From contig OX597831.1 in NCBI GenBank assembly GCA_951406725.2, positions 48,112,001-48,176,000 on the forward strand: a DNA stretch of 64,000 bases, read 5' to 3'. The DNA is from Octopus vulgaris (taxonomy: Eukaryota). Position numbers and translations under genes: made by a program. Below the pieces are notes generated by a model. It made no database searches, was not told the origin of the DNA, and was given only the letters and a program-made list of their open reading frames with translations. Of the stretch, positions 1 to 13,600 are shown one piece after another (positions within the stretch are counted from its first letter, which is position 1; every line of letters begins with the position of its first letter).

Positions 1-884
1 GATAGACTAGGAGATTATTGTCTTATCTGGCAACAGGCAAGGTTGACATTAAGAAGGGTATCCGATCCAAAATGACTCCTTCCCAACACACTCTCAGCTA
101 ATCCTGCAAGCAGACACGTCTTATAAGCTTGTTATTTATTCTATCAGTCTCTTTTGTTTATCAGTCTTAACTGACGATGGAGGTGGGCACAAACACACAT
201 GCACACAAACACCCACACACACCACACATGCACACGTGCACACACACACATTGACACACACACACACACACACTACATGCATTGAGAAGCAAATGTGATG
301 AGGATGGCAACAATGATGATGGTGGTGGTGGCGGCGATGGTGGTGTGGGAGACGGTGGTGGTGGTGGTGATGGTCTGTTATTTGCCTATAACATACTGTG
401 GTGTTTCTGTGATAATGTCAATGTGAGAGATTTTTTTTTGTTTTTGTTTTTGAGGGATTCTATACTTTAATAATTTAATTTGACCTTTTGATTTTTTTAG
501 TGTCTGTTTGTAATACTTCCACATTGTAACTTTTTATAACCCAAGTTCAGCTGGGAATATTTATGATCATTTGTCATTTGAATCTTGACCAAAGGGAATA
601 AACCTTTCTTACTATACAGGTTTTACACTGGTTGTAGTTCTTGCCTAACCCCAGAGCAGTCTTAATCGAGAAAACCTAGGCTTGAATGCATTTGAACTGT
701 CACTATATATATTTGTAAGGTTATACTGAACTCATAGCCAGATTTACAGGATCTGGAGAGGGCAAAAAGGGCAATGGCCTTGGGCATCTCAGATATTGAG
801 GGCTCTCTACTACATACACAGAACTCACATTTCCTGATCCCAACATTCTTGCATGAAGGGGCCCTCTATCAATATACAAACATA

Positions 885-1107
885 TATGAAGAGATGGTGA
901 AAAGTTCTTGGTTTTGAGTAAAAGAAAACTCTGATAGATCAGTTAATTATGATTTTATTCAACATATTCCCCTCTCAGATTCACACACTTATTGCAGCAG
1001 TCCTTCAGTTTTTCAAAGCCCAGTAAAAGAACTTGGAAGGTTGGACTTCCGACCAGGCCTTTTGTGCAACACCATTAATGCCAGGAGCTTTTCAGCTTCC
1101 CCTCATA
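885..1107. mobile_element. Mariner-like MITE (about 220 bp, TA-flanked)
   Basis: Imperfect TIRs tatgaagagatggtgaaaagttcttgg ... ccaggagcttttcagcttcccctcata. A homologous copy lies at 8796-9018. Confidence 0.7.
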
Positions 1108-3053
1108 TATTGACTTCTTTAAAAATGTATCAGATTCTCTTTTATGATAATTAACCACTGTTTTTTTTTGTGTGTGTTAATGATACCAATTTATGCAATC
1201 AAAAAGCAGCTAGCTACCCAGTCCCAAAAGTAACTAAAATTTCTTAGGGAATATTGAAATAAACAGAGAAAAGAAAAAAAAAAACAAAAAGGCAAAAGAG
1301 AAAAAAAGAAAAAACAAACACTCCTGTACTATTTATTATTAATGTATATGTTGTGTGTGTGGGTATATATATATATATATATGCTCATACATTTATGTGC
1401 ACGCACACACACACACATACATGTGTGTTTATGTATATGTATCCATATATAAAATGATAGATAGAAAGGGAGAGCAATAAAGAGACAGATAGAAAGTAGT
1501 AGTCTCTTGTTCAGATTCTCATAGGTCTTTCTTCTGTGAATGACCAAATCAAAAACCTGGCAATGACAACTTGCAATTAAAGACACACAGTCATGCATGC
1601 ACACATATTGCCATTCCTAAACTGCAGCATCATTTATGAGAGAACAAGTAAGTACTTGTTTATATATTGCAAAATTGGAATTTTTAATTTAGTTTAAATT
1701 ATATAATTACATCTCACAACAGTTAAAACAGATTTTTCTTTAGTTCTGGAATTATAACATATATGTACAAATTTCTTTTTCCTTAAACCTAATCTTTTCC
1801 TTTATTTTTTCCTCTATAATTTCATCATTTTGTACTATTCTACTTTATCAAGCACTTGAATTACTATACTGTATTGGAAACTGGAAAGACATTTCTCCAA
1901 ACTTCTATATTTTTCAGGGATAAGTTTTCAACACTCTCAACCGTCCCAGAGAGGGATGATCTTTTAACGAAGTCGAATAACACTAGAATTTTTTTTATTC
2001 TATCTTTTTAATCATTTGAGAAGTCCAGTTTCTAATTCTATAATTATATTTATACAAATCACAGTTTTTGTGGTGGTTTGTAGAGACCCAAGTATTTTGC
2101 TTTGCCATAAAGCTCTTAAGATAGCCCTTAAGATAGCCTATAAAGCCCTTAAGACAGCCCTGCTTGTATTTCTTATTTTACTACTTTCAATAATACTAGG
2201 AGTCCTTGTGAAAATTGCACTGTTACTTTGAAGACAAATAGATTGATCAATAATTCTATCTTAAATCCCAATTTCACCTTTGTCCATCAAAATAGCATCT
2301 CCTGAAGCACTAATCTGAATTAATTTTGGGGGTTTTGGATCATTTTGTTGGTGAAGGAGTTCTCTTGAAATGATGATTCATTGTTATGAAAAGTTCATTT
2401 TGGAAATCTTTTGATTTTAAGGATAAATAAGTAAAACAATGAAATTGAAAGCCAACAATAATGGAGAATGTATAAAAAGAAAAACGTAGCTATCCTGATT
2501 TATAATAGATATCATATTTTCGCTGATGCTACATTAATACAGTTACTAAATGACACTACTGAAAAATAGAGATGAATCTATAACAATACCTACTGTTATG
2601 CATTAGCTTATTCATTTTGGTCATTCCGGGTAGACAAGTTATTTTTGTATACTCCCCATTATTAAGGTTTTTTTTTTAATATTTTCATTGATGCTTCAAT
2701 TATGTTTCTAACACAAAAGATCACTCTAATTTTTCAAATACAGTTCATTAGTTTTTAATTTAATTGTTTTCTGTTAATACTTTTTTCAATGTATTAGAAT
2801 TTGGTGTTCATTTTTTTTTTTAAGAAAATATTTCAAATTGTTTGTCAGTGTTATATAATATGTTCTCGGTGTAATATAATATGTTGTTATTTCTGTGTTA
2901 TTGTTTAAAACGAAATATAAATTTAGCTGATGTTGTTGTTTATCATATCATTACTACTTCTGCAAAAATTTTCATGAATGATAGTTATTTGAGGCCTGGC
3001 ACTGTTGCTGGTGGTTTTCTGCAACATTAGATTCCACTTTCACTTTCACTAAT

Positions 3054-3476
3054 CTTTACTCTTTACTCTTTTACTCTTTTACTTGTTTCAGTCATTTGAC
3101 TGCGGCCATGCTGGAGCACCGCCTTTAGTCGAGCAAATCGACCCCGGGACTTATTCTTTGTAAGCCCAGTACTTATTCTATCGGTCTCTTTTGCCAAACC
3201 GCTAAGTGACGGGGACATAAACACATCAGTATCGGTTGTCAAGCAATGCTAGGGGGACAAACACAGACACACAAACCCACACACACACACATATATATAT
3301 ATATACATATATACGACAGTCTTCTTTCAGTTTCCGTCTACCAAATCCACTCACAAGGCTTTAGTCGGCCCGGGGCTATAACAGAAGACACTTGCCCAAG
3401 ATGCCATGCAGTGGAACTGAACCCGGAACCATGTGGTTGGTTAGCAAGCTACTTACCACACAGCCACTCCTGTGCC
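3054..3476 (-). mobile_element. tRNA-derived SINE family A, full length
   Basis: Minus-strand head ggcacaggagtggctgtgtggtaag...gggttcagttcc with A/B-box-like motifs, an internal TA/CA microsatellite and an (AGTAAAAG)n tail. Many copies occur in the window. Confidence 0.9.
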
Positions 3477-4089
3477 TATCTCTTTCTTTCAGATTGTCTA
3501 TGTTCACTAGTTTGCAGCTATCTCTGTCAAACATTAGTTGTTAACTCAGTGGATGTTTACAACCATAAATTCCTGATCATAAATAGGTGGATGTAGAAAA
3601 AAAAAAAAAAAACAGGGGAAAAATGTTGAAACCAAAATATAAATAAATAACTGAAGGACCATTACTAACAGTAACATATCTTAATTATATTCCAAAATAC
3701 TCTCTTCCCTCACAAAATTATTTGGACAGTTAAGTCTGAAGATGCTATTTTTATTAACAAAAGTTGTAAATTGAAATATTATCTGCTGACTTGCCAAATT
3801 CAGTTACATACAATAAATGAGTTTTGAAATGGAAACTTAATGGTTTGTTATGGATTTTAATTATTGCACATGAGGGATCTGCCAAACATGAATTGCTGTG
3901 GGGCCTCACAAGTTTTAACTTCAGCCCTGCATCATCTACATTACCTAGTGTGTCCTATTTTCCATTTTCTCCTTTAAGATGGTAAATTATTATCTGAGGG
4001 AGATTTGGCCATTCTTTTTAACAGGCGGAAGGACTACATAGAACTCCACCCACCCCATTTAGGTTCATGTTATACAGTTATCGTGTATA

Positions 4090-4486
4090 TCTTTATATAT
4101 AAAAGAGAGGTTGTGTGCTGTCTGTCTCATACGATTTAGATTCCTAACTACTCCCACATTTTGCGGTGCAGTTTAGCCAAAACTGGGTATCTTATAGTCG
4201 TGATTCATATTGAGCCCTTCTGGGTATTAGCGCGTATCTACGATGAGTCTACGGTTTAAAAAAAAATTTACCATAAATTTTTCCCATTTTTTAATGCATT
4301 TTTGGCATATATAAGGGAAGTAACTCTCTAAAAATTTATTATTAAATCTCAGAACGTAAAAAGCTACAGTAACACCCCTCCTTTGTGGTTAGCCATATTG
4401 AGATGGCTATTATAATTTACATCTCTAAAAATGCTTATATAGTTATTTCCCTTACAAACCTGAGCAACGCCGGGCGATACTGCTAG
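4090..4486 (+). mobile_element. Non-autonomous Helitron, apparently complete
   Basis: A|TCTTTATATATAAAA start, subterminal GC hairpin cctgagcaacgccggg, 3' CTAG|T end. Inserted at an AT dinucleotide with no TSD. Confidence 0.85.
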
Positions 4487-4976
4487 TCATTATATATTTC
4501 TCTTCCTAGTATTTTCAGGATGTGCATAAACATTGAATGCTAATGTGTCATTGTTAAGACAGTTTCACCACCACCACCACCACTACCATCATCATCATCA
4601 TCATCATCATCATTGCTGTTACCATTGTTGCCATCATTGCTTTGCATCTGTTTTCTTTGCTGCCTTGGTTTGACAAGCTGTCAGAGTCTGAGTCCTTCTC
4701 CACCTCACTAGACATGACAGAGGTCCACATCTTGCTCGTATGTCTTGCATTAGAAATAGTTTCTGTAAATGGATGCATTAAGATGTCAACCCTTTTACAG
4801 TGTGTGCTGTTGTATTTTATCATAGTAACTGCCACCACAACAATAGCACTCAATAAAATGCTTTACTCCCTGAGAATAAATTATGTATTCTCTTGTTGTT
4901 TTGGGCCTATGTTCAATGATGTTCCATGAATGGTCTGTTGTTTGTTTATCTGAAAAGCTGAAGCAACTGTGAGTTA

Positions 4977-5240
4977 ATAATAAATAAATAAATGCGCCCT
5001 TTTTTAAAGCCTAGCCAGGCTCATGGGCCCGGTTTCCCAGTTTCAATGGCGTATGTGTTCCCCAGCTGGATGGAACGCCAGTCCATCACAGCATTACTCG
5101 TTTTTGCCAGCTGAGTGGACTGGAGAAATGTGAAATGAAGTGTTTTGCTCAAGAATAGAACGCACCACCCAGTCCAGGAATCGAAATCACAATCTTACGA
5201 TCAGGATGCTGACACCCTAACCACTAAGCCATGCACCTCT
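4977..5240 (-). mobile_element. tRNA-derived SINE family C
   Basis: Minus-strand head tggcttagtggttagg...tttcgattcctgg, body ttgagcaaaacac...ccagtccactcagctg, (TTTA)n tail. Closely similar copy at 29518-29775. Confidence 0.85.
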
Positions 5241-5348
5241 ACTGTGAGTTAATAGTTAAGCATAATGTTAAAGACATTTATTATTGTCATATCTATTTCA
5301 AAAATATTCTTCAAAAATCTTTTGAATCTTTGAGGAAAATTTTGCCTA

Positions 5349-5513
5349 GGCATAGGAGTGGCTGTGTAGTAAGTAGCTTGCTTACGAACCACTTGGTTCT
5401 GGGTTCAGTCCCACTGTGTGGCACCTTGGGCAAGTGTCTTCCACTCTAGCCTTGGCCCAACCAAAGCCTTGTGAGTGGATTTGGTAGACGGAAACTGAAA
5501 GAAGCCCATCGTA

Positions 5514-5567
<54 letters not shown>

Positions 5568-5775
5568 AATGTGTTTGTGTGTCTGTGTTTTCCCCCCAAC
5601 ATCACTTGACAACCAATGCTGATTTGTTTTCGTCCCTGTAACTTAGTGGTTTGTCAAAAGAGACCGATAGAATAAGTACTAGGCTTACAAAGAATAAGTC
5701 CTGGGTTCGATTTACTCGACAAAATGTGGTGCTCCAGCATGGCCACAGTCAAATGACTGAAACAAGTAAAAGAAA
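5349..5775 (+). mobile_element. SINE family A, full length
   Basis: Head ggcataggagtggctgtgtagtaag through tail gactgaaacaagtaaaag. Confidence 0.9.
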
Positions 5776-6740
5776 GAGAGAGATATGTTTAACTGTCAAC
5801 TTGGCTAACACCAAAGTGTATATCAGTAACTGATGTTACAAAATATTTGTGTAATTAAAGAAGCAAATCTATGAAAGAAGAGAGTTGGAAATAACTGAAT
5901 ACTGTATATGCGACGCCTGTACTAAATAAATAAATGATATCGTAATATCTCTGAGTATTTGAAAAACAAACACCGTTTTAAACACACAAAGTATATGAAA
6001 CAATTGTAGTCGTTGGTTTGCTAGATGCAGCTGATAACTTCTGTAACTAATCTAATACTAGAGGTAGTTTTAAAGAAAGCACAGTATTTGAAGCAAAAAC
6101 AGAGTGGAAGACAGAAATTCATGGGATGAAAGCAACAAAGTATTTCTCTTATCTTGCATGGAACAGACCATATGAAACATGTGTAAAGAGTGTGAGGCTA
6201 CTTGGGTGTATGGCATGGTAGGATATTCATACATTTTTTTGTTTTGCTACTCACCAGCAAAGGAGAGTTCAACAAATAGATGTAATTTTCTTTCTAAAAT
6301 GGCCAAAGGAATAAAAGAAGAATTTTACCTAATTAAATTTCAATATAATTTTTTTTTTCAACAAATATATAATACAACTGGCAATTTAAAAAATTATCAA
6401 AAGGTTAACTTTATGTTAACAACTACTGTTTTAAAATGTCAGATTTGTTAATATTTTACTAATTTTTTAAATTATCAAATTTATTTATTATATTTGAATA
6501 TAATAAATAAATGTCATTAAAATTTCTATGAAATTCTCCTTAATGTCAATTAACTAACAAAGTAAACTTATTGCTTTCCTGCTGGACTCTCATCAGCTGG
6601 ACTTGGAGAAATAGATTAGAGCTTTAGCATACGTATGAAAATGGCTCAAAGTATGAAAGTGTATGAGCGCCAGCATGGACATTAAATGAAGAAGAACTGT
6701 AAAGAACTGGAGAAAAATTAATTGAGTGTGTTTCTTTGTT

Positions 6741-7225
6741 ATCATCATCATCATCATTATCATCGTTTAATGTCCGTTTTCCATGCTGGCATGAGTTGGA
6801 CGGTTTGACGACTGAAGTCTGCACCAGGCTCCAATTTGATCTAGCAATGTTTCTACAGCTCGATACCCTTCCTAACACCAACCACTCCAGGAGTGTAGTG
6901 GGTGCTTTTTACATGCCGCTGGCACAGGAGCTATTCAGGTGGCCCTGGCATTGATCATGTTCAGATAATGCCTTTTTACATGCCACCGCCATGAGATCCA
7001 GTCAGGCGGCATTGGCATTGTCCATGTTTGGATGGTGCTTTTTGCATGCCACTGGCACAGGAGTCAGCCAGACAGCCCTGGCATTGACCACGTTTGGATG
7101 GTGCATTTTATGTGTCACTAGCATGGGAGTCAGTCAGAGGCCACTGGCCACAGCTACAATTTGGGTTTTACTTGACTCAACAGGTCTTCTCAAGCATATC
7201 ATATCACCTGACGCATCAAGGGTAC
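6741..7225 (-). mobile_element. (GAT)n-tailed repeat family D (RTE-related SINE-like) with internal tandem units
   Basis: (cat)n-cgtttaatgtccgttttccatgctggcatg...cccttcctaacaccaaccactcc followed by repeated ggtgctttttacatgcc units. Confidence 0.8.
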
Positions 7226-7460
7226 TTTTAAATGGGCCAAACATGCAACTGTGGCATGTAGGTGTAACATTATTTTACTGGAGAAATAGAACGCAGTTTA
7301 GTTGAGATAGTAACAGGGACTTTTGACCATCAGTTGTTGAGTGTAAAGGAGTTGTATGTGCAGGTATTGAATATGTAGTGTAAATTAAGGTCTCATGCTT
7401 TATGAAAATGCAAAATGTGACAATAATGGAAGGTACCAGGGATGAAGAAAGGTTAAATAA

Positions 7461-7628
7461 AGCACAGGAGTGGCTGTGTGGTAAGTAGCTTGCTTACCAA
7501 CAACAATGCTTCCTGGTTCATTCCCACTGCTTGGTACCTTGGGCAAGTGTCTTCTACTATAGCCTCGGGCCAACAAAAACCTTGTGAGTGGATTTGGTAG
7601 ACGGAAACTGAAAGCAGCCCGTCATATA

Positions 7629-7687
<59 letters not shown>

Positions 7688-7900
7688 ATATATGTGTGTC
7701 TGTGTTTGTCACCCCAACATCGCTTGACAACCGATGTTGGTGTGCTTATGTACCCGTAACTTAGCAGTTCGGCAAAATGGACTGATAGAATAAGTACTAG
7801 GCTTCCAAAGAATAAGTCCTGGGGTCGATTTGCTTGACTAAAGGTGGTGCTTCAGCATGGCCACAGTCAAATGATTGAAGCAAGTAAAAGAGTAAAAGAG
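7461..7900 (+). mobile_element. SINE family A, full length
   Basis: Same head, body and tail as 5349-5775. Confidence 0.9.
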
Positions 7901-8795
7901 AGGTTGAACTGGTGAAAGTTGGGTATTTCAGATTGGGTGATACTCGACAAAGAGAACTGACAGTAGGCTGTTTTTCAGATCCATTCATCTGAAACCAACA
8001 TAGGAAAGGGTTATTATTGATGACTACATAAACACGCACTTGTGGAAAAAAAAATGAAGGAGAGACAAAAAAGATGTTTGTAGAGGTAACAATAGATTAA
8101 CTCAAAATTTCAATGGCTTTCGAATTTTGGCAGTTACCCACTCCTCTCTCTAGTCTTTAACCTGCTTACTTCTCAGCTTCTGGTAAAAAAAAAAATAATA
8201 ATAATAATTAAAAAAAGGAGAAAAGATTTCCACTCTTGACTGTCTCTAGTTGTATTGGAATTATATACTACAGCTGTCACTACTTAAGTTATGGTTCCAT
8301 GCAGAAATGAAAACTATTTGTCACTCTTTAGTTAAAGGGAAGTTTAGAGTAGTTTCTAGATGTGGTCACTTGACCGGCCAAAAATAGCAGGCATACCTCA
8401 CTCAGATCACATCCCATCATCTTAACAAAAAATAGGACACATTAGATAATGTAGTTGTATATGTCTTTGACTATAGGTTTACTTGATTAGGGTTGCCCTG
8501 GTGAAACAATAGCAAAACTCTTGCTAAATTCACTTCCCATCATCTTTAAAAAAAAGCCTAGAAGGACACATTAGACGATGCATTCCTAGCTACTTCACAC
8601 AGATGGAATGGTCATGGTTGCAACAACTTTGATCATAGGTTCGTTGGTACAAAGTTAGCATAAGACAAGTAAAACAACAATAGGAGATATACCTCATTGA
8701 GATCAAATCTCATCTAGAAAAGAAAAAAAAAGAAAAAAACAGATACATTAAATTATTAAATAACAAAGCTTAAGTTACTTACAAAAGAGTGGGTG

Positions 8796-9018
8796 TATGA
8801 GGGCGTGCTGAGAAATTCCTGGTTTTTTGGTAAAAGAAAACACAGGATGATCAGTTAATTATGAATTTATTCAACAAATTCCCCTCCCAGATTTACACAC
8901 TTTTTGCAGCAGTTCTTCAGTATTCCTAAGTCATGTAAAAGATCTTGGAAGGCTGGACCTCCAACCAGGCCTTTAACAATACTGTTAAGGCCAGAAACTT
9001 TTCAGCACCCTCTTGATA
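8796..9018. mobile_element. Mariner-like MITE, second copy
   Basis: tatgagggcgtgctgagaaattcctgg ... ccagaaacttttcagcaccctc. The interior is colinear with 885-1107. Confidence 0.7.
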
Positions 9019-9744
9019 TATTGCCTAAATATCTAGATTGGAGCTGACCTGTTGATCTGACATGGTGGAGTTAAATAACAGCTAAGAACTTCACTTTTCC
9101 TCCTTTTCCTTTAATATCACAAAACCTATAATTCTGTCTCTGTAGTTATATTTTGACATTCATGCTTTGTTAATCCCTTGGCCCTATAACTAGTACCATA
9201 CCTCAATGTAAGATGATCATAAAGTGAAAGATCAATTGACTGTTAAGTTAGTAAACGTAAGATATGCATAGTTTTGGGCAGCAGTGTAAAGTCTGTGGAG
9301 GCCTTCTGCTACCTACTCATCTATTAATCTAGTCGATAAGCCATGTAAATGACAATGTAACAAATGCAGCTATCAGATACATTCATCAAATCTCTACAGA
9401 AAATTATAGGGTGAGTTGCTAAAAATTCAAGGAATGGGTTTGAAGTGTGTTTATGTAAGAACACATGCTCACTTGCATGCATCACATGTACACATACATC
9501 ACATGTCTACACATGCACACACACACACACACACGGAGGCAGACAATTGCAATTGAGCATATATGAAAGTGAACGTAAGCAATATACCCATGTAAACATG
9601 CAAAACACATCATTGTGTGTATGTACATATAAACATACTTGCATTCTGTCTATGTATATGTACAGAGTGATGATGATGATGATGATGATGATGACATATA
9701 TATGTATATATATGTATATATATATGTATAAAAATGCATACATA

Positions 9745-9884
9745 GGCACAGGAGTGGCTGTGTGGTAAGAAGCTTGCTTCCCAACTACATGGTTCTAGGT
9801 TCAGTCACACTGTGTGGTACCTTGGGCAAATGTCTTCTACTATAGCCCTATGAGTGGATTTGGTAGGTGGAAATTGAAAGAAGC

Positions 9885-9885
<1 letters not shown>
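9745..9885 (+). mobile_element. SINE family A, 5' part
   Basis: Head ggcacaggagtggctgtgtggtaag, truncated at the TA tract. Confidence 0.8.
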
Positions 9886-9921
<36 letters not shown>

Positions 9922-9923
9922 AT

Positions 9924-9963
<40 letters not shown>

Positions 9964-9980
9964 GAACAGAGAGAGTGAGA

Positions 9981-10817
9981 TACAGGGTGTGGTGAATAAA
10001 CTGTCATCTAAATTATGCAAAAATGAAAATAACACTGACATCTCATTTTAACATATTACATAAAAATATCTTGAAATACTAAAGAGTAAATTTGTTCCAT
10101 AAAATTGCCATTGGTTTCAACCATGGCCTTCAGACAACTTCAGAATCTCCTGCAACTCTTCTGGATGGTCTCCTTATTCAAGCTGGTGAATGCTGCCATA
10201 AGCCTTGCCTTCAGTTCATCTTTGGTCTCTCGCTCAACTGTGCCCCACACATAATAATCAAGGGGGCTGCAGTCTGGGGAGTTAGGTGGCCAGATCTTAT
10301 GGGTGGTGTTGTTGCAGAAATTGTCTGACATCCACAAATAGGTTTTCCTGGTTGTGTGGCATGATGCAGAGTCCTGTTGCCAGACACAGCATCTTCCAGC
10401 AGCCATCCTCTTGACCCAGAGCAGCACTACCTCTGTGTAGGCCTCCATGTTGTGTCTGAGGCCGTGTGGGAAGATGAATGGGGGCACAACATCGCCATCA
10501 CTAGTGATTACTCCAAGTACCATGATTGTATGTTTGATTTTTATTACTCTTGGTACATGTTTTGGGGACACAGTAAGCCAACAGTTGTTCTGTGTGTTCA
10601 CCTTCTGTTCATATTGGAGCATCTAGCACAATTGACAAATAGTACAACACGTCATTTCCAAATTTCTGGCAGAGTGAATTGCATTGTGGTGCTGTTTTAT
10701 CTCACAGATGGTGCCCAACTGACCCTACTATACTGTGTAGTTGACAAAATCAAAAACAATGTACATATGCAAAATTAAAAATATAAAATGGCAACAACTT
10801 ACCCATCACACCCTGTA
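9981..10817 (-). mobile_element. Internally deleted Tc1/mariner-superfamily (DD37D/maT-like) transposon
   Basis: TA-CAGGGTG termini at both ends. ORF 10140-10622 has MVLGVITSDG, WQQDSASCH and WPPNSPDCSPLDYYVWG transposase motifs. Confidence 0.85.
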
Positions 10818-11064
10818 TATATATCTATGTATACATACACACACACACATAATATGTGTGCATATATATATGTTTAGAGAGAGAAAGAGAAAGAGAAAGA
10901 GAGAGAGAGACCTACATATATATTTGTGCATATACATTTGTTTATGTATACGTTTATGTATGTATATATATTTATATATATGTGTATGTGTGTGTGTGTA
11001 TTTGTATAAATACATACATACATACATACATATATATGCACATTTTTTATAAATGTATATATAT

Positions 11065-11310
11065 AGGACTTAGTTGCTGTGTGCAAGGGAGAAAACTGTG
11101 CTGGTTTGGTAATGTGAAGTGGATGGATGCTGACAGCTCCATAAAGAAGTTTCAGTCTCTCAAAGTAGATGGAACATATGAAGGTGGGAGACTCAAGAAG
11201 ACATGGGATAAAGTACTGAACGACCTCAGGATACCGAACCTTTCTGGCGAGATGACAAAGCACCGAAATGTCTGGTGTCTTGCTGCACACAAGAAGACCT
11301 GTATATAGCA
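11065..11310 (+). pseudogene. RTE-clade LINE ORF2 C-terminal fragment
   Basis: RKLCWFGNVKWM...GGRLKKTW matches the RLRWFGHV...GRPxKTW end of RTE reverse transcriptase ORFs. Confidence 0.7.
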
Positions 11311-11509
11311 GCAGAAGTCTCAGGATCGGTCTCCCTGATAGTAAGGATTGACCTGCGAGAGCCGTATGCTGATACGATGTAAAAAGCATTCTTGCTGGTG
11401 CCATGTAAGAAGAACTTATGCCAGGGCCATCAACAAATGCTCGTGTGGTTCCATGTTAAAAGCATCCAGCACACTCTGTAAAATAATATGATAATTTACA
11501 ATGATTTTA

Positions 11510-11895
11510 AGGCGCCAAGCTGGCAGAATCGTTAGCAAGCCGGGCGAAATGCCTAATGGTATTTCGTCTGTCTTTACGTTCTGAGTCCGAATTCTGCCAA
11601 GGTCGACTTTGCCTTTCATCCTTTCGGGGTCGATAAATTAAGTACCAGTTATGCACTGGGGTCGATGTTATCGACTTAATCCGTTTGTCTGTCCTTGTTT
11701 GTCCTCCCTGTGGGTAGTAAAGAAATAGGTATTTCATCTGTCTTTACATTCTGAGTTCAAATTCTGCCAAGGTCGACTTTGCCTGTCATCCTTTCAGGGT
11801 CAATGAATTAAGTACCAGTTGCATACTGGGATTGATCAAATCGACTGGCCCCCTCCCCCAAAATTTCAGGCCTTGTGCCTATAGTAGAAAAGAAT
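11510..11895 (+). mobile_element. SINE family B with internal duplication
   Basis: Head aggcgccaagctggcagaatcgttagc. The unit ggtcgactttgcctttcatcctttcggggtcgataaattaagtaccag is present twice. Confidence 0.85.
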
Positions 11896-12511
11896 TTACA
11901 ACGGTCTGTTTTCAGTTTCCCTTAAACAAATCAATTCACAGTGCTTTGATTGGCCTGAATCATTAGCAGAAGGCACTTACCTAAGCTACCACACAGTAGG
12001 ATTGAACTCAATAGCATATGATTGGGAAGCAAATCTGCTAACAATTCGCCCAAGCTTATGCTTATATATAAATGTATGTGTGTGCATACATATATGTTTG
12101 TTTACAACACATATAAATATGTATAATAACACGTGTGTGTGTGTGTGTGTGGGTGTGTGTGTGTGTGTGTGTGTATGCATGTGTATGTGTGTGTATATGT
12201 AAAAAACAGATATGTATATGTACGCAGACACATACACACACACACACACATACACATAAACACATACACACACATTTACCTCGCTGTTGAAATATATTTC
12301 AAAGGAAGTTGAAATATTTGAATTATTGTCCGTAATTAGAGACAAACATGAAGTCGTTTTGGAGGGCTCTTTTTCTCATTAGTCTCAATATTTGAAACAA
12401 GAAAAGAAGTCCTGATCTACTTGAGATTTGGGCAAATGACTTTGAAATACTTTGCCCCAAACCATTAGACTAGACTGAAATTATGTTTGCTTTGAGTGTC
12501 ATTATTGAACG

Positions 12512-13600
12512 TATCAGGCTGAGTAAAAAGTAAGCAACGTTTTGAAACATGAAATTCATCACAATATATTTCAACAATGCAGAGATTTTATTCATCAAAG
12601 TAAGTACCATTACAATCAATACATTTTTAACCATCCAGTTACAAGTTTGTTTATTTCGGTAACATTAAAAATCTGGAGTTCTGGAGCTGATGAAGTCTTT
12701 GAACACACTTTCAGCATCAGTTTGATTTTTGAACTCCTTCTCTCGCAAGGAACTATCAAGGTGCTTGAAAAAGTGGTAGTTGGTAGGAGAAAGGTCTGAG
12801 GAATAAGCTGGGTGAGGAAGAACTTCGAGGCAAGTTCCCTCAACTGGTTCATTATCAGTGAAATGTGTGGTCGAGCATTGTCACGAAGAATGATTGGCCC
12901 TCTTCTGTTGACCAGTCTAGGATGGAGGAGTAGCAGTTTTTTCATTCATTTTGGCAATTTCATGGCAATATATTTCTGCAGTAATGGTTTTGGTGGGTTT
13001 TAAGAAGTTATAGTGGATGAGTCTAGCAGTACACCATCAAACAATCATCATAACCTTTTTAAAGATCTTGGGTTTAAGGAAAGTTTTCGGTACTTCATTT
13101 TGGTCCAACCACTGTAAAGAACATTTTTTATTATTGTACAGAATCTACTTTTCATCACAAGTTACAATACTGTTGCGGTTTGGTTACAGAGAAGAGATGA
13201 GCAAATTTCATATCTGTGCATTTTCTGATTTTCATTCAAATCATGTGGTGCCCGTTTGTCAAGCTTTTTTGCTATTCCAATTGCAGGCAAGTGGTTGCAA
13301 GCAGTTTTCTGGCTAACTTGAAGTTCTTTTGTCAGTTCCCAGGTGGTTTTATGTGGATCTTTCTTAATGATGGTCTTTAATTGACAGTCATCGATGACAG
13401 ATGGCCGTCCACTAAGATCATGATCATCAAGGCTCAGGTCTCCACTGTGAAATCATTTAAACCACTCACTGGTCATTTCGTCACCAAATGTTTCATTGAT
13501 ATTGTGAGCAGTTTCAGCTGCTTTACATCCTTTTTTGAAGTTGAATAGCAAAATTGCTCGAATATCACTCTTTCACAGTTCCATTTCAGATGATTGTAAA
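12512..13600 (-). mobile_element. Mariner transposon remnant (one TIR)
   Basis: TA-tcaggctgagtaaaaagtaagcaacgtttt TIR at 12512. The other TIR is not found. Confidence 0.85.
12588..13584 (-). pseudogene. Mariner transposase pseudogene, near full length, with stops and frameshifts
   Basis: Manual translation gives DIRAILLFNFKKGCKAAETAHNIN, SGRPS, KKLDKRAPHDL, IVTCDEK, KKVMMIV, GPIILRDNARPH and CIDCNGTYFDE*. These resemble HSMAR1/cecropia-type transposases. Confidence 0.9.

Noticed and set aside
1860-2420. Possible decayed coding region with a short cttaagatagcc tandem
   Set aside because: All frames examined are interrupted and no family motif was recognised.
5790-7456. Possible piggyBac remnant (CKEC motif at about 6182, aaagg-ttaa at about 7450)
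   Set aside because: Only a 4-residue motif and a short terminus-like string; no matching left end or catalytic motifs.
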